Origin: Desulfuromonadaceae bacterium
GTDB taxonomy: Bacteria; Desulfobacterota; Desulfuromonadia; Desulfuromonadales; Geopsychrobacteraceae
Assembly: GCA_016744555.1 (NCBI GenBank)
Contig: JADGED010000001.1
Coordinates: 8,265-48,255 of the forward strand
Reading direction: 5' to 3'
DNA: 39,991 nt
Each line of letters starts with the position of its first letter. Within the stretch, counting starts at the first letter, position 1. Position numbers and translations under genes: made by a program. Below are positions 17,728 through 27,961 of this stretch, one piece after another. Under the pieces are notes generated by a model, which saw nothing but the letters and a program-made list of their open reading frames with translations, searched no databases and was not told the DNA's origin.

Positions 17728-18987
17728 CTATTTTACTACTGGCAAACAATCCCACCTCGTCGTATACGCCGGTGACACCTGTTGCCGGTTCATAAACCAA
17801 TCTTCGATTGGCCGTTGGCCGCCAAACCAAATTTTACCTTGGCCACTGCTATTGATGCTATCAAGGGTAGCCATCAATTTATTACGACTGGGATCGTTAG
17901 CCGCTGAATGGAATAAATCTAGCTGGATATTCTCCGGAGAGCAAAAGTCGCCAAGGACTATACCGGCCTTAGCATAGCGGTAGTCGGCCTGCCAAATAGA
18001 ATCAAATAACTTAGTAGCTACAGCCAAAATATCACTAGTATCGGCACTTGGACGGGGTAGTTTGCCAGTAGCAGAATTACTGTAAGGGGGATCATCACTG
18101 TGGGCACTGGTACGAATAAAAACATTAACAACACTAGCAAGCTGGCCATCGCTGCGGAGCTTGGCAGTTGCCCGAGCAGCAAACTCGCAAACGGTTTCCC
18201 GCAAGGTAGCATAGGCAGTAATCTTTTTTCCAAACGAGCGTGAGCAGACAATTTGTTGGCGTGGTCCAGGAGCATTGTCCAACTCAATACAAGCTTCACC
18301 ATTTAACTCTCGTACCGTCCGCTCCATCACCACAGAGAAATGGCTCCTGATCTGCCGGGAGTTAATTTGGGCTAAATCGAGAGCAGTTTTTATCCCTCGT
18401 GAAATCAGCTCCTTACTATGCTTACGCCCTACCCCCCAAACCTCATTTACTGGGGTAATGGCAAGGAGCTTTTTCTGTCTTGCTGGATCAGATAAATCGA
18501 CTACGCCACCAGTTGCAGGAAACTTTTTCGCAGCGTAATTAGCCAACTTGGTTAATGTTTTCGTCGGAGCGATACCGACACAAACCGGAACCCCTACATG
18601 TTGATAAACGGTAGTACGTATTTTCTGGCCATACTCTTCTAACTGCACAAAACCAGATAAATCGAGAAAAGACTCATCTATAGAATAAATTTCTACGTTT
18701 GGAGAAAACGCTTCTAAAGTTTGCATTACACGGGCTGATATATCGCCATAGAGGGTGTAATTAGAGGAAAAAATTTGGACATTATGACGTTTAAGTTCAG
18801 CGGCCACTTGAAATAGTGGTGCCGCCATTTTAATGCCCATATCTTTAACTTCTTGCGAACGGGCAACAATACAACCGTCGTTATTAGAAAGAACAACAAC
18901 TGGAACATTTTTAAGTTCAGGCCGGAACAGGCGCTCACAACTACAATAAAAATTATTGCAGTCGACGAGGGCAAAAGTATGGCTCAT
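17728..18987 (-). CDS. umuC: DNA polymerase V catalytic subunit (Y-family)
   Basis: LVDCNNFYCSCE, VVLSNNDGC, YSIDESF, QLDLF clamp-binding motif, SPAYTTRW C-terminus. Confidence 0.95.
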   Translation of the reverse strand: MSHTFALVDCNNFYCSCERLFRPELKNVPVVVLSNNDGCIVARSQEVKDMGIKMAAPLFQVAAELKRHNVQIFSSNYTLYGDISARVMQTLEAFSPNVEIYSIDESFLDLSGFVQLEEYGQKIRTTVYQHVGVPVCVGIAPTKTLTKLANYAAKKFPATGGVVDLSDPARQKKLLAITPVNEVWGVGRKHSKELISRGIKTALDLAQINSRQIRSHFSVVMERTVRELNGEACIELDNAPGPRQQIVCSRSFGKKITAYATLRETVCEFAARATAKLRSDGQLASVVNVFIRTSAHSDDPPYSNSATGKLPRPSADTSDILAVATKLFDSIWQADYRYAKAGIVLGDFCSPENIQLDLFHSAANDPSRNKLMATLDSINSSGQGKIWFGGQRPIEDWFMNRQQVSPAYTTRWDCLPVVK

Positions 18988-19415
18988 GATTTTCGCAAAC
19001 TATGAATAACGGTGGTAGCAACACCAAAAATTTCTAGTTCTGCCCCTTCTGGGATTGATATCGGTTGATATTGTTTATTCATCGGCACCAATTTGGTAAC
19101 GGGATTGGTCTCCAATTTTTTAACTGTTAACTCACCGGCAAATGAGGCAATAACAATGTCACCATGTTGAGCATTAAGAGAACGATCTACAACCAAAACA
19201 TCGCCGGGGAAGATTCCAACATCAATCATGGAATCTCCTTGGGCACGGACAAAATAGGTGGCTGCCGGTTTTTTAACGCAAAGCTCGTTTAGGTCAAGTT
19301 TACGTTCACAATAATCTGATGCGGGGCTAGGAAATCCGGCGGAGACTGCGTCGAGAAAGAGTGGAACTTCACTTTTTGCAAACTCGTCACTGCTGCCGAT
19401 AGGAATTGCGCTCAT
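18984..19415 (-). CDS. umuD: DNA polymerase V autoproteolytic subunit
   Basis: VSAGFPSPA cleavage site, GDSM Ser, TVKKL Lys; ATGA overlap with umuC. Confidence 0.95.
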   Translation of the reverse strand: MSAIPIGSSDEFAKSEVPLFLDAVSAGFPSPASDYCERKLDLNELCVKKPAATYFVRAQGDSMIDVGIFPGDVLVVDRSLNAQHGDIVIASFAGELTVKKLETNPVTKLVPMNKQYQPISIPEGAELEIFGVATTVIHSLRKS

Positions 19416-19537
19416 ATAAGTACACTCCGATGATAATCAATAACAACTAGTTCATCGTAGCATATCTAAGTGCCGAAGTATGTCACATCCGCAATACGAT
19501 CTCTTGAAACTTTTTTATCTAACAAGCGAAGGACCAA

Positions 19538-19831
19538 TTAAAATTTTGCTTGTTGGAGAGCTATAGGTTTGACAATCATGTCACTATATGGAGTTACAGT
19601 AACGGCATAAACCAAATCATTATCGCAGGTCACCTGATAAGATATCCCTATACTATTATTTTCAACAGTTGCCGCTTGTTGGCAAGGTTGACAGATATAT
19701 TGCCGAGCTCGAATTATTTTGGCAAAACTCGTCAAGATATTTTGATCAAAAATAATTTGCTGTGCCGAAACGGGTGCAACAAAAAGGGTGGGAGTGAAAA
19801 ACAATATCGCTACAAATAATAAGCTACGCAT
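19538..19831 (-). CDS. Small exported hypothetical protein
   Basis: Signal-peptide-like N-terminus (MRSLLFVAILFF...VSA-QQ), CQPC and a distal Cys; overlaps the stop of the upstream receiver gene. Confidence 0.55.
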   Translation of the reverse strand: MRSLLFVAILFFTPTLFVAPVSAQQIIFDQNILTSFAKIIRARQYICQPCQQAATVENNSIGISYQVTCDNDLVYAVTVTPYSDMIVKPIALQQAKF

Positions 19832-20258
19832 CCTGCACCTTCGGCATTACATTACTTTTTTCATTATTTTCCCAAAGGGCGCTAAACCAATTATCAATTT
19901 GGTGCAATGGGGCAGGTTTTTGAAACACTTTATAACCACTACTTTCTGCTTTTTTCTGCTCATCTACTGAAATAGCACCAGAGATTAGTGCTTTGTGCTT
20001 TGCTAAAACCTTACAGCCACGATTGGACTGGTATTCAAACAGCTCCAACCCAGTCATCCCCGGCATATGATAATCGGAAAGGAGGGTTTCGTAGCATGGA
20101 GTTTCCATCGGACAAGTATCCATCTGTTGTTCAATCATTGGGCATGTAGCACTAGGGGATGCGGTTACAGCAAATTGTTTCAGCGTAAGATATTCAGACA
20201 TAATATCGAGGCACAAGCCATCATCATCTATAACCAAAGCTTTTTTCATCATTTTCAC
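19824..20258 (-). CDS. Single-domain response regulator with a Cys-rich insertion
   Basis: ALVIDDD, LLSDYHMPGMTG, ISG, FQKP; insertion CPMIEQQMDTCPMETPC. Confidence 0.85.
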   Translation of the reverse strand: MKMMKKALVIDDDGLCLDIMSEYLTLKQFAVTASPSATCPMIEQQMDTCPMETPCYETLLSDYHMPGMTGLELFEYQSNRGCKVLAKHKALISGAISVDEQKKAESSGYKVFQKPAPLHQIDNWFSALWENNEKSNVMPKVQDA

Positions 20259-20434
20259 TCCCTACATTAAGAACACAATGAATCAACCAGTACATAATAC
20301 TGTCGCTTTCTGACAAAAATCTGAATTGACACCAACTATAAATATTTTTTTCAAAAGTTATGGACTCTTTTTGTTATAGTTCTAACTAATGGTATCTTAA
20401 TTTACCTGTAAATCATTTTATTACGGGGGAAAGA

Positions 20435-20770
20435 ATGAGAGTTGAACGCGAGCCAGCAAGAAAAAGAAAACGCCTAAAAGTTAGGTTTGGAGTCGATTAC
20501 CCAAAACGGGTAGCATTCACTGGAGACATATCTGCGGGTGGATTACACATTATAACTGGCAACCCCGAACGCCCAGGTACTAAAATATTATTAGAAATAA
20601 ATCTACCGGAAGGCGAACAAGTAATTGCCTACGGACAAGTAAGATGGGCAAAAAAAGTTCCACCTAATTTGGTTAGACTCGCTAATAATGCCGGAATGGG
20701 GGTTAAAATAACCCAGTTTGAATTGGGCCAACAAACCCTAGCCGACTACATAGAATCCTTAAAACACTGA
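20435..20770 (+). CDS. Stand-alone PilZ domain protein
   Basis: RKRKR (RxxxR), DISAGG (D/NxSxxG), GQVRW, GMGVK. Confidence 0.85.
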   Translation: MRVEREPARKRKRLKVRFGVDYPKRVAFTGDISAGGLHIITGNPERPGTKILLEINLPEGEQVIAYGQVRWAKKVPPNLVRLANNAGMGVKITQFELGQQTLADYIESLKH

Positions 20771-20775
20771 AAACT

Positions 20776-22203
20776 ATGACACCTAGCGTTAATAATTCCA
20801 ATAATCTACCAGCAATTTCTCCAGACTTGATTTTAGTCTGCAGAGACTCTGGGCGATGGGAAATTCAAGGTTTATCGCAACGACTAGCTCTTTTGCTAAA
20901 AATTGAACCTAGCCATTGCGTGGGTCATTCGCCCGATACAATCCTTACTCAAGCAGTGCCATCAATAACCACTTTGGCGGCTGAAGTTTTAGAGGATGGA
21001 CGTGATTTAACCGGTATAAAAGTGCGCTTGAGCCCCGAACAACAGGGATTTCTTGCTGATCTACAATTTGCTGGGCTAACCGATGATTACCTTGGCCAAA
21101 TTGTCCGCATTAGCCTGCGCCACGAAACCATTACCAACCATGACGAAATTAACTTTCGCGGCATGCTCGGGGTTAGCCCTGCCATGCGTGAAGTATTTCG
21201 CAAAATTCGTCTATACGCACCATCTTCTGCTGCAATTATTATCACTGGAGAAACCGGAACGGGCAAAGAATTAACCGCCAAAGCACTACACGATGAAAGC
21301 CCTCGCAAAGAACAACCCTTTGCCGCCCTTAACTGTGCTGCCATTAGCGAACAACTGCTTGAATCAGAATTGTTCGGCCACGAGCGAGGAGCATTTACCG
21401 GAGCCGTAAGAGAACATCGAGGCTACTTTGAGAGGGCCAATGGTGGCACTTTGTTTCTCGATGAAATTGGCGACATGCCTGCACATACGCAAACTAAGCT
21501 ACTGCGAGTTTTAGAAGATAGTAAGGTGCAGCGAGTTGGCGGTGAACAAAGCAGACAAGTTGATGTCAGGTTTATCGGTGCCACAAACATCCCGCTGGAA
21601 CAAGCCGTTGCGACCAAGCAATTTCGTGCTGACCTGTACCATCGCTTAGCGGTGCTACGGATCCATCTACCAGCATTACGAGACCGGACTGAGGACATTC
21701 CACTTCTTGCAGATGCCTTTTTGCAGCGATTCAATCAGCATTACGGAAAAAAGATTAAACGCCTCACCAGCGAAGCTATTCGTTTATTGCAATCCTACTT
21801 ATGGCCTGGAAATATTCGTGAATTACGCAATATTCTTGAACGAGTAGTGATTGAAGCTGAAACTGAGGCTATTGGGGCTCGTGCTTTTACCGAATGGATT
21901 CACGAGCGGCAACAGTTTTCTAGCACCAGCAGCACACTAACCACAGCAGAACAACCAGAGAAACATCAAAATCTGCCGGTAGCAATTCCATATACGCCGA
22001 CAAGCACGACACCTGTTTATCAAACGACAATTGCCCCAAAAAGCAAAAATGGCAAAATCCTATTATCTGAAGCAACAATTCGCAACGCTTACCACAATAA
22101 CAATGGCAATTTATCTGCCGCAGCCAGAGAGCTTGGTGTTCATCGCGCCACCCTATACCGCCATCTGCAAAACCTAAATCTTAGCCGTAACGATTTAAAC
22201 TGA
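20776..22203 (+). CDS. Sigma-54-dependent enhancer-binding protein with PAS-like N-terminus
   Basis: GETGTGKE, GAFTGA, FLDEIG, FRADLYHRL, WPGNIREL, HTH GNLSAAARELGVHRATLYR; no REC domain. Confidence 0.92.
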   Translation: MTPSVNNSNNLPAISPDLILVCRDSGRWEIQGLSQRLALLLKIEPSHCVGHSPDTILTQAVPSITTLAAEVLEDGRDLTGIKVRLSPEQQGFLADLQFAGLTDDYLGQIVRISLRHETITNHDEINFRGMLGVSPAMREVFRKIRLYAPSSAAIIITGETGTGKELTAKALHDESPRKEQPFAALNCAAISEQLLESELFGHERGAFTGAVREHRGYFERANGGTLFLDEIGDMPAHTQTKLLRVLEDSKVQRVGGEQSRQVDVRFIGATNIPLEQAVATKQFRADLYHRLAVLRIHLPALRDRTEDIPLLADAFLQRFNQHYGKKIKRLTSEAIRLLQSYLWPGNIRELRNILERVVIEAETEAIGARAFTEWIHERQQFSSTSSTLTTAEQPEKHQNLPVAIPYTPTSTTPVYQTTIAPKSKNGKILLSEATIRNAYHNNNGNLSAAARELGVHRATLYRHLQNLNLSRNDLN

Positions 22204-22248
22204 TAGCAACGACAACTCTGCTCACTTAGTTCACCCATAAAGGCATTT

Positions 22249-22304
22249 TGCGACGTTGCAAGTGTCGCATGCATACCAATACATGCGACACTTGCAACGT
22301 CGCA
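22249..22304. repeat. Perfect 23-bp inverted repeat made of two TGCGAC-N9-GTCGCA dyads (putative UAS pair)
   Basis: TGCGACGTTGCAAGTGTCGCATG-N10-CATGCGACACTTGCAACGTCGCA. Confidence 0.85.
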
Positions 22305-22333
22305 CCTACCATACATAAAAAACCTCAACATCT

Positions 22334-22346
22334 CAAACTACTGATA
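22334..22346 (-). promoter_or_regulatory. Putative IHF site
   Basis: Minus strand TATCAGTAGTTTG fits WATCARNNNNTTR and lies between the UAS pair and the -24/-12 element. Confidence 0.5.
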
Positions 22347-22373
22347 TTACTAGCTTTTGCTTTATATAAAAAG

Positions 22374-22390
22374 TTGGCACCCCCCTTGTA
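22374..22390 (+). promoter_or_regulatory. Sigma-54 promoter of the hsp20 genes
   Basis: TTGGCACCCCCCTTGTA = TGGCAC-N5-TTGTA (-12 has GT instead of GC). Confidence 0.7.
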
Positions 22391-22445
22391 ATAACGATAA
22401 ACAGAAACAACAACTTTAAATGATCACCCAACAAGGAGAGTAACG

Positions 22446-22874
22446 ATGTTTAGATTATCACTAGGAAATGAAATGGAAACTATGCAGCACGAACTAGATC
22501 AAATTTTCCATGGTTTGAATTTTAATCACAGAGAAGTTACGCGCCAACCGAAACTTGATTTTTCCATCAACGACTTAGGTGATAACTTTCAAGTCAACGC
22601 ATCGCTTCCAGGTCTAGCGATAGAAAAACTTAATATCGAAATACTGGGTCAAAAACTAACAGTTTCTGGCCAGTTTGACAAAACTGAACTCCCCGACGGA
22701 ATTCGCTATCAACGTCAAGAGCGTCAGGCAGAGGCATTTAAACGTGAACTACGCTTCAATACCGACTTAGACAGCAAAAAAATTGTTGCTAAGTACCAAC
22801 AAGGGGTTCTGCAAATAACGCTACCTAAAGCTGCGACAGCATTACCACAAAAAATCACCGTCAACATTGGCTAA
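22446..22874 (+). CDS. Hsp20/alpha-crystallin small heat-shock protein
   Basis: ASLPG, RQER, AKYQQGVLQITLPK; AAGGAG RBS. Confidence 0.9.
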   Translation: MFRLSLGNEMETMQHELDQIFHGLNFNHREVTRQPKLDFSINDLGDNFQVNASLPGLAIEKLNIEILGQKLTVSGQFDKTELPDGIRYQRQERQAEAFKRELRFNTDLDSKKIVAKYQQGVLQITLPKAATALPQKITVNIG

Positions 22875-22920
22875 TCAACACACAAAACTAATTACCAAAC
22901 AAATTAATAGGAGACAAACA

Positions 22921-23280
22921 ATGAACCATCAGCAAAATATAAAGACTAGCCACAAACATAATCAGTCAGCAGCAAACCTTCTAACTCCAGCTGTTGATAT
23001 CTACGAAACTGAAGAAGAACTTGTACTCTTGGCCGACTTACCGGGGGTAGCAGAAGCAGACCTAAAACTAGAAGTTTTTCGTGACACATTAACTATTGAG
23101 GGGGCCATCACAACCAAAGAAAATAAACGTCAATCAAGTTACTACCGACAGTTTAATCTGGCCAAAGAAATTAATGGCAATACTGGCAATGCTACCCTCA
23201 AAGATGGAGTACTAACCTTGCGACTAGCAAAAATTGAACCGGAAAAACCGCAAACCATTGCCGTTAACACACTACACTAA
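22921..23280 (+). CDS. Hsp20/alpha-crystallin small heat-shock protein
   Basis: PAVDIYET, ADLPGV, YYRQF, ATLKDGVLTLRL; ATG 22921 follows AGGAG. Confidence 0.9.
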   Translation: MNHQQNIKTSHKHNQSAANLLTPAVDIYETEEELVLLADLPGVAEADLKLEVFRDTLTIEGAITTKENKRQSSYYRQFNLAKEINGNTGNATLKDGVLTLRLAKIEPEKPQTIAVNTLH

Positions 23281-23286
23281 CGCAGC

Positions 23287-23321
23287 AAATGTCGGGGTGT
23301 TACTAACTCCGACATTTTTTC
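23287..23321 (+). terminator. Rho-independent terminator between hsp20 and clpB
   Basis: AAATGTCGGGGT-loop-ACTCCGACATTT, with the T run continuing to 23320. Confidence 0.75.
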
Positions 23322-23416
23322 TGCCAATTTGTTATTAAGCGCTATAATTGAAGCATTGGTCGACAGAGGATGGTAAGCTTATCCGCCAAACACAAGCCAA
23401 TAATTTTGGAGGAATC

Positions 23417-26029
23417 ATGATTGATATGAACCGCACAACGCAGAAAGTGCAAGATGCACTGCAGCAAGCTCAAGCCCATGCTCTCCGCTTTGGGCATACG
23501 GAAATAGACGGTGAGCACCTCCTGCTGGCCTTGTGTGAACAGGACGATGGATTGCTTCCCAATCTACTAAAAAAGCTCAACATTGAACTTAGTTCCCTTG
23601 CGGACGGATTAAAACAAGACCTCCAATCACGCCCAAGCGTAGGAGGCCCGGGAGCTGACAGCAGTAAGCTTTACGCTAGCCGTCGCCTAGGAAATCTGCT
23701 GCTCCAAGCAGAGACAGAAGCAAAAAAACTAAAAGATGAGTATGTCAGCGTTGAACACATCTTACTAGCACTAACCGAAGAAGGGGAACGTACTTTTGCC
23801 GGGAAGAGCTTAATAAAGCTGCAAATCGAGCGTAACAATTTACTCCAAGCGCTAACGGCCGTGCGCGGAAGCCAACGTGTCACTAGTCAAGATCCAGAAG
23901 CTACCTATGCCGCATTGGAAAAATACGGTCGCGACCTAGTTGAAGAGGTAAAAAAAGGGAAACTCGACCCAGTAATTGGTAGAGATGAAGAAATTCGTCG
24001 AGTGATTCGCATTTTATCCCGAAAGACTAAAAATAACCCTGTCCTTATCGGTGAACCGGGCGTAGGCAAAACAGCCATTGTCGAAGGTTTGGCACATCGA
24101 ATTGTCCGCGGCGATGTCCCCGAAGGTTTAAAGGATAAAACCGTTTTCTCCCTCGATATGGGGTCATTAATTGCTGGAGCAAAGTTTCGCGGTGAATTTG
24201 AAGAACGCTTAAAGGCGGTGCTAAAAGAGATCCAGGACAGTGCTGGACAAATTCTACTCTTTATTGACGAACTCCATACTATTGTCGGTACCGGCAAAGC
24301 CGAAGGGGCAATCGACGCTGGCAACATGCTAAAGCCGATGTTGGCACGGGGAGAATTACACTGCATTGGAGCCACTACCCTAGATGAATACCGCCAATAC
24401 CTAGAAAAAGATCCGGCGTTAGAGCGACGCTTTCAACCGGTATTAGTTGAGCAACCAGATGTCGAAGCAACCATAAGTATCTTGCGCGGCCTAAAAGAAC
24501 GCTTCGAGGTCTACCATGGCGTGCGCATTCAAGATAATGCCCTCGTGGCCGCCGCTGAAATGAGTCATCGCTACATTGCCGACCGCTTTTTACCCGACAA
24601 AGCCATTGATTTGATCGATGAAGCATGTGCAACAATCCGGACCGAAATCGACTCTATGCCAGCCGAGCTTGATGCCATTACTCGGCGAGTCGTGCAGCTT
24701 GAAATTGAAGCCGCAGCACTACAAAAAGAAAAAGATCAAGCTAGCCGAGAACGACTGACGGTGCTGCAAAAAGAACTGGCCGACCTCAAATCTAATGAGC
24801 AAACCCTGGCAATGCAATGGCAGACAGAAAAAGGTGGCATCCGCGGCGTACAACAATTGCGCGAACAGATTGAAAAAACCCGCTTGGCAAGCGCCGAGGC
24901 AGAACGTAATTATGATCTAAATCTTGCTGCGGAACTTAAATATGGGAAACTACCTGAGCTCGAAAAGCGGCTAAGCGATTCTGAAACACAACTCGAAAAT
25001 GACGATACCAGCGACAAAATGTTGCGCGAAGAGGTTACCGAAGACGGCATTGCCGAAATCGTTGCCCGCTGGACCGGAATTCCAGTGATGCGCTTGATTG
25101 AAAGTGAGCGGGAAAAGCTCTTAAAGCTCGATGAAATTCTCCATCAGCGGGTAATAGGGCAAAATGAAGCGGTACAACGGGTTGCCGACGCCGTAATTAG
25201 AGCACGTGCGGGAATTAAAGACCCACGCCGCCCGATTGGGTCATTCATTTTTCTTGGACCAACTGGGGTTGGAAAAACTGAACTTGCCCGCACCCTTGCC
25301 GCAAATCTGTTTGACAGTGAAGACAACCTGATTCGTATTGATATGTCGGAGTACATGGAGAAACATGCAGTTAGTCGGCTACTAGGAGCACCTCCTGGCT
25401 ATGTAGGCTATGAAGAAGGTGGGCAACTGACTGAAGCGGTACGACGGCAACCCTATGCTGTAATCCTATTTGATGAAATTGAAAAAGCTCATCCCGACGT
25501 CTTTAATGTTCTGCTGCAAATTCTCGATGACGGACATGCTACCGATTCGAAGGGACGGAACGTAAGTTTTAAAAATTCGGTCATCATCATGACCTCTAAC
25601 ATTGCGTCGCAATATTTGCTTGACGGGATTCAAGATGGAGAAATTTCGGCCACCGCACTGCAACAGGTAGAAACTGAACTGCGACAAAGTTTCCGACCTG
25701 AATTTCTCAATAGAGTTGATGATACAATAATTTTTAAACCACTGAAGAGACAAGAGATTAAGCAGATCGTCCTGTTGCTAATCGAAGAATTACGCCAGCG
25801 GATGGTTGAAAAGCACCTGCAACTTGAATTAACTGTAGCAGCTTGTGATTTTATTGCTACCACAGCTTATGACCCTATTTATGGTGCCAGACCACTAAAA
25901 CGCTTTATTCAGCGACAGCTAGAAACAAAAGTGGCACGAGCGCTTATTGCCGGTAACGTAGAAGAGGGGGGTAAAGTTGTGGTCGACCTGAACGATGAGG
26001 AATTAACTGTAAATATAAAAAAAAGCTAA
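23417..26029 (+). CDS. clpB: ATP-dependent disaggregase ClpB
   Basis: Clp N repeats, [23 protein letters not shown], coiled-coil middle domain, [23 protein letters not shown]; GGAGG RBS before ATG 23417. Confidence 0.96.
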   Translation: MIDMNRTTQKVQDALQQAQAHALRFGHTEIDGEHLLLALCEQDDGLLPNLLKKLNIELSSLADGLKQDLQSRPSVGGPGADSSKLYASRRLGNLLLQAETEAKKLKDEYVSVEHILLALTEEGERTFAGKSLIKLQIERNNLLQALTAVRGSQRVTSQDPEATYAALEKYGRDLVEEVKKGKLDPVIGRDEEIRRVIRILSRKTKNNPVLIGEPGVGKTAIVEGLAHRIVRGDVPEGLKDKTVFSLDMGSLIAGAKFRGEFEERLKAVLKEIQDSAGQILLFIDELHTIVGTGKAEGAIDAGNMLKPMLARGELHCIGATTLDEYRQYLEKDPALERRFQPVLVEQPDVEATISILRGLKERFEVYHGVRIQDNALVAAAEMSHRYIADRFLPDKAIDLIDEACATIRTEIDSMPAELDAITRRVVQLEIEAAALQKEKDQASRERLTVLQKELADLKSNEQTLAMQWQTEKGGIRGVQQLREQIEKTRLASAEAERNYDLNLAAELKYGKLPELEKRLSDSETQLENDDTSDKMLREEVTEDGIAEIVARWTGIPVMRLIESEREKLLKLDEILHQRVIGQNEAVQRVADAVIRARAGIKDPRRPIGSFIFLGPTGVGKTELARTLAANLFDSEDNLIRIDMSEYMEKHAVSRLLGAPPGYVGYEEGGQLTEAVRRQPYAVILFDEIEKAHPDVFNVLLQILDDGHATDSKGRNVSFKNSVIIMTSNIASQYLLDGIQDGEISATALQQVETELRQSFRPEFLNRVDDTIIFKPLKRQEIKQIVLLLIEELRQRMVEKHLQLELTVAACDFIATTAYDPIYGARPLKRFIQRQLETKVARALIAGNVEEGGKVVVDLNDEELTVNIKKS

Positions 26030-26083
26030 CCCGTCAAGTTTAATATTGTTGCTCGCATCACCAGCTTGCTGGGGGAACATCCT

Positions 26084-27709
26084 TTAGCAAGCTGGTGGCA
26101 CAATTTGGTACGAATTTTTACCACCATTTTTCACTTCATACATTGCGCTATCAGCGCTTTTCAATAGCAACTCAGCCGTTCCTCCAGCATTAGGGTACAT
26201 TGCTATACCAATACTGACACCTATACGTACCTCCCCTTGCTGCAAATCAAACGGTGCCCTTAAAGTTTCTAATATCTTTTCTGCAACGATGGCACAACCA
26301 GCTGCATCTTTAATGCTATTTACAACAATAGTAAATTCGTCCCCACCCATCCTAGCGACAGTATCTGATTCACGACAACAGGCAACTAATTTATTCGAAA
26401 CTTCAATCAGTAACTCATCACCAGCGTCATGACCAAGGTTATCGTTAACCTGCTTAAATCCATCTAAATCAATAAAGAAAAGGGCACAAGAACCATTTTT
26501 TCTTTTCGCCAGAAGTATTGCTTGATTAAGGCGATCAGCAAAAAGTGAGCGGTTCGGCAAACCAGTTAATTGATCAAAATGTGCCGCCTTGAAAATTTGT
26601 TGCTGTGACAACTTACGCTTAATAATATTAGTTGCCAGAAACCAAGAAGCGGCAAATAGCATTGAAAACAAAACACCAACAAATAGTAAAAAGTTCCTCA
26701 ACCCCCTATGAACAGCTACGGCAAAAGCCTCTTCTGAGATAAAAGAGACTACTTTCCAATAATAGCCAGAGAATTCCACCTTCCGACCACTCGCATCAAA
26801 TGCCTTATCAGATCCAGTACTTGAAACAAAATATGCATCTAACGGTTCAATTGTTGAAAAAAGAAACGCCCCCTGTCGGGTTTTCACCACCCCTGATGTT
26901 CCTGAAAGTATTTGTGGCCAAGCCTCCGCATATTGCTTAGCAAAATTCTCTTCAGCTCTTTCCTTAAGCATAAAACCCCACTGTTTATTGGGTTCAGGAT
27001 GTTGCAACCAGAACCCTTGCGGATTTATTAGCATCATTTGACCGTAGCTATCAGAGCCAATACCATGAATAATATCAAGGAGGTCCTGCCCCCGATAATT
27101 CAAAAGAACAATCCCAAGCTTGCTGCCATCCAGAGCAAAAACGGGGGTACCAAATCTGATCATTGGTTTTAATGGAACTTCAACCTTCCCATGCTCTATA
27201 TTAAGATCAAAAGGCGAAATATACACTTCGCCCTTCTCTAATTCGTGAGTATCTTTAAAATAGTATCTTTTTTGCTTGGATTGAAGTTGATCGCCAACAA
27301 TGCTTTTTGGCTCACCACCAGCGTAATTAACTCGCATCACTTCTTGCCCATTATTGTTTAAAATACGAACTTGATCATAATGTTTTTTTATTTTAGAAAA
27401 AGCTCGGTAATCACCATTAACAACAGTAAGTTCGCCACCATCAACATTGTCCAGCAAACGTCTAACCGCATCCTGCTCCGACATCGCAAGCAAATCACTT
27501 ACAATTGAGTTAAGGTGTATTTTTAGGGCTTTATGCTGAATATTTATTGAATGCCTCTCTTCAGCCATTATGATATTGGTATTAAAGTTCAGATGTTGCT
27601 GATAAAATACAAACAGAATTACACCCAAAAAGGCACAACTACACAACAACAGGAGCAAAAAATACTGCCATACACTTCCCGCCACTTTTTCTTCTTTACC
27701 ACCAAACAT
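26084..27709 (-). CDS. Membrane diguanylate cyclase (dCache-like + GGDEF)
   Basis: Two TM, YDQVRIL/RYYF/PMIRFGTPV sensor segments, DQLTGLPNR, FIDLDGFK, RESD I-site, GGDEF. Confidence 0.92.
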   Translation of the reverse strand: MFGGKEEKVAGSVWQYFLLLLLCSCAFLGVILFVFYQQHLNFNTNIIMAEERHSINIQHKALKIHLNSIVSDLLAMSEQDAVRRLLDNVDGGELTVVNGDYRAFSKIKKHYDQVRILNNNGQEVMRVNYAGGEPKSIVGDQLQSKQKRYYFKDTHELEKGEVYISPFDLNIEHGKVEVPLKPMIRFGTPVFALDGSKLGIVLLNYRGQDLLDIIHGIGSDSYGQMMLINPQGFWLQHPEPNKQWGFMLKERAEENFAKQYAEAWPQILSGTSGVVKTRQGAFLFSTIEPLDAYFVSSTGSDKAFDASGRKVEFSGYYWKVVSFISEEAFAVAVHRGLRNFLLFVGVLFSMLFAASWFLATNIIKRKLSQQQIFKAAHFDQLTGLPNRSLFADRLNQAILLAKRKNGSCALFFIDLDGFKQVNDNLGHDAGDELLIEVSNKLVACCRESDTVARMGGDEFTIVVNSIKDAAGCAIVAEKILETLRAPFDLQQGEVRIGVSIGIAMYPNAGGTAELLLKSADSAMYEVKNGGKNSYQIVPPAC

Positions 27710-27961
27710 AACAACACCAATCCTGTAAAGACTCAGGTATTATTTAAACAGTAATCACCCAATTTCCGACGTTTCACTAACTACTACAATAACATATGCC
27801 TTTAAGTTCTTACCAAATCATTAAATTTAAAACTTTGCAAAGAATTGTATGGGCAAAACTTATCCTAGCAGAACAATAAGGCCAGCGACCTTACAGCTGT
27901 GATCCTTTACATTTCAAACAACATCAGGTAGCATTAATATGTTTTTCTTAAGGAGTTTTTG

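Noticed and set aside
22249-22304. CRISPR repeat or MITE
   Set aside because: Only two inverted copies, with no spacers, target-site duplication, cas gene or transposase. An enhancer pair fits the context better.
27845-27900. GEMM-like fragments (GGGCAAAAC...CCAGCG) between the cyclase and the PilZ gene
   Set aside because: Core motifs and stems are missing; treated as chance similarity.
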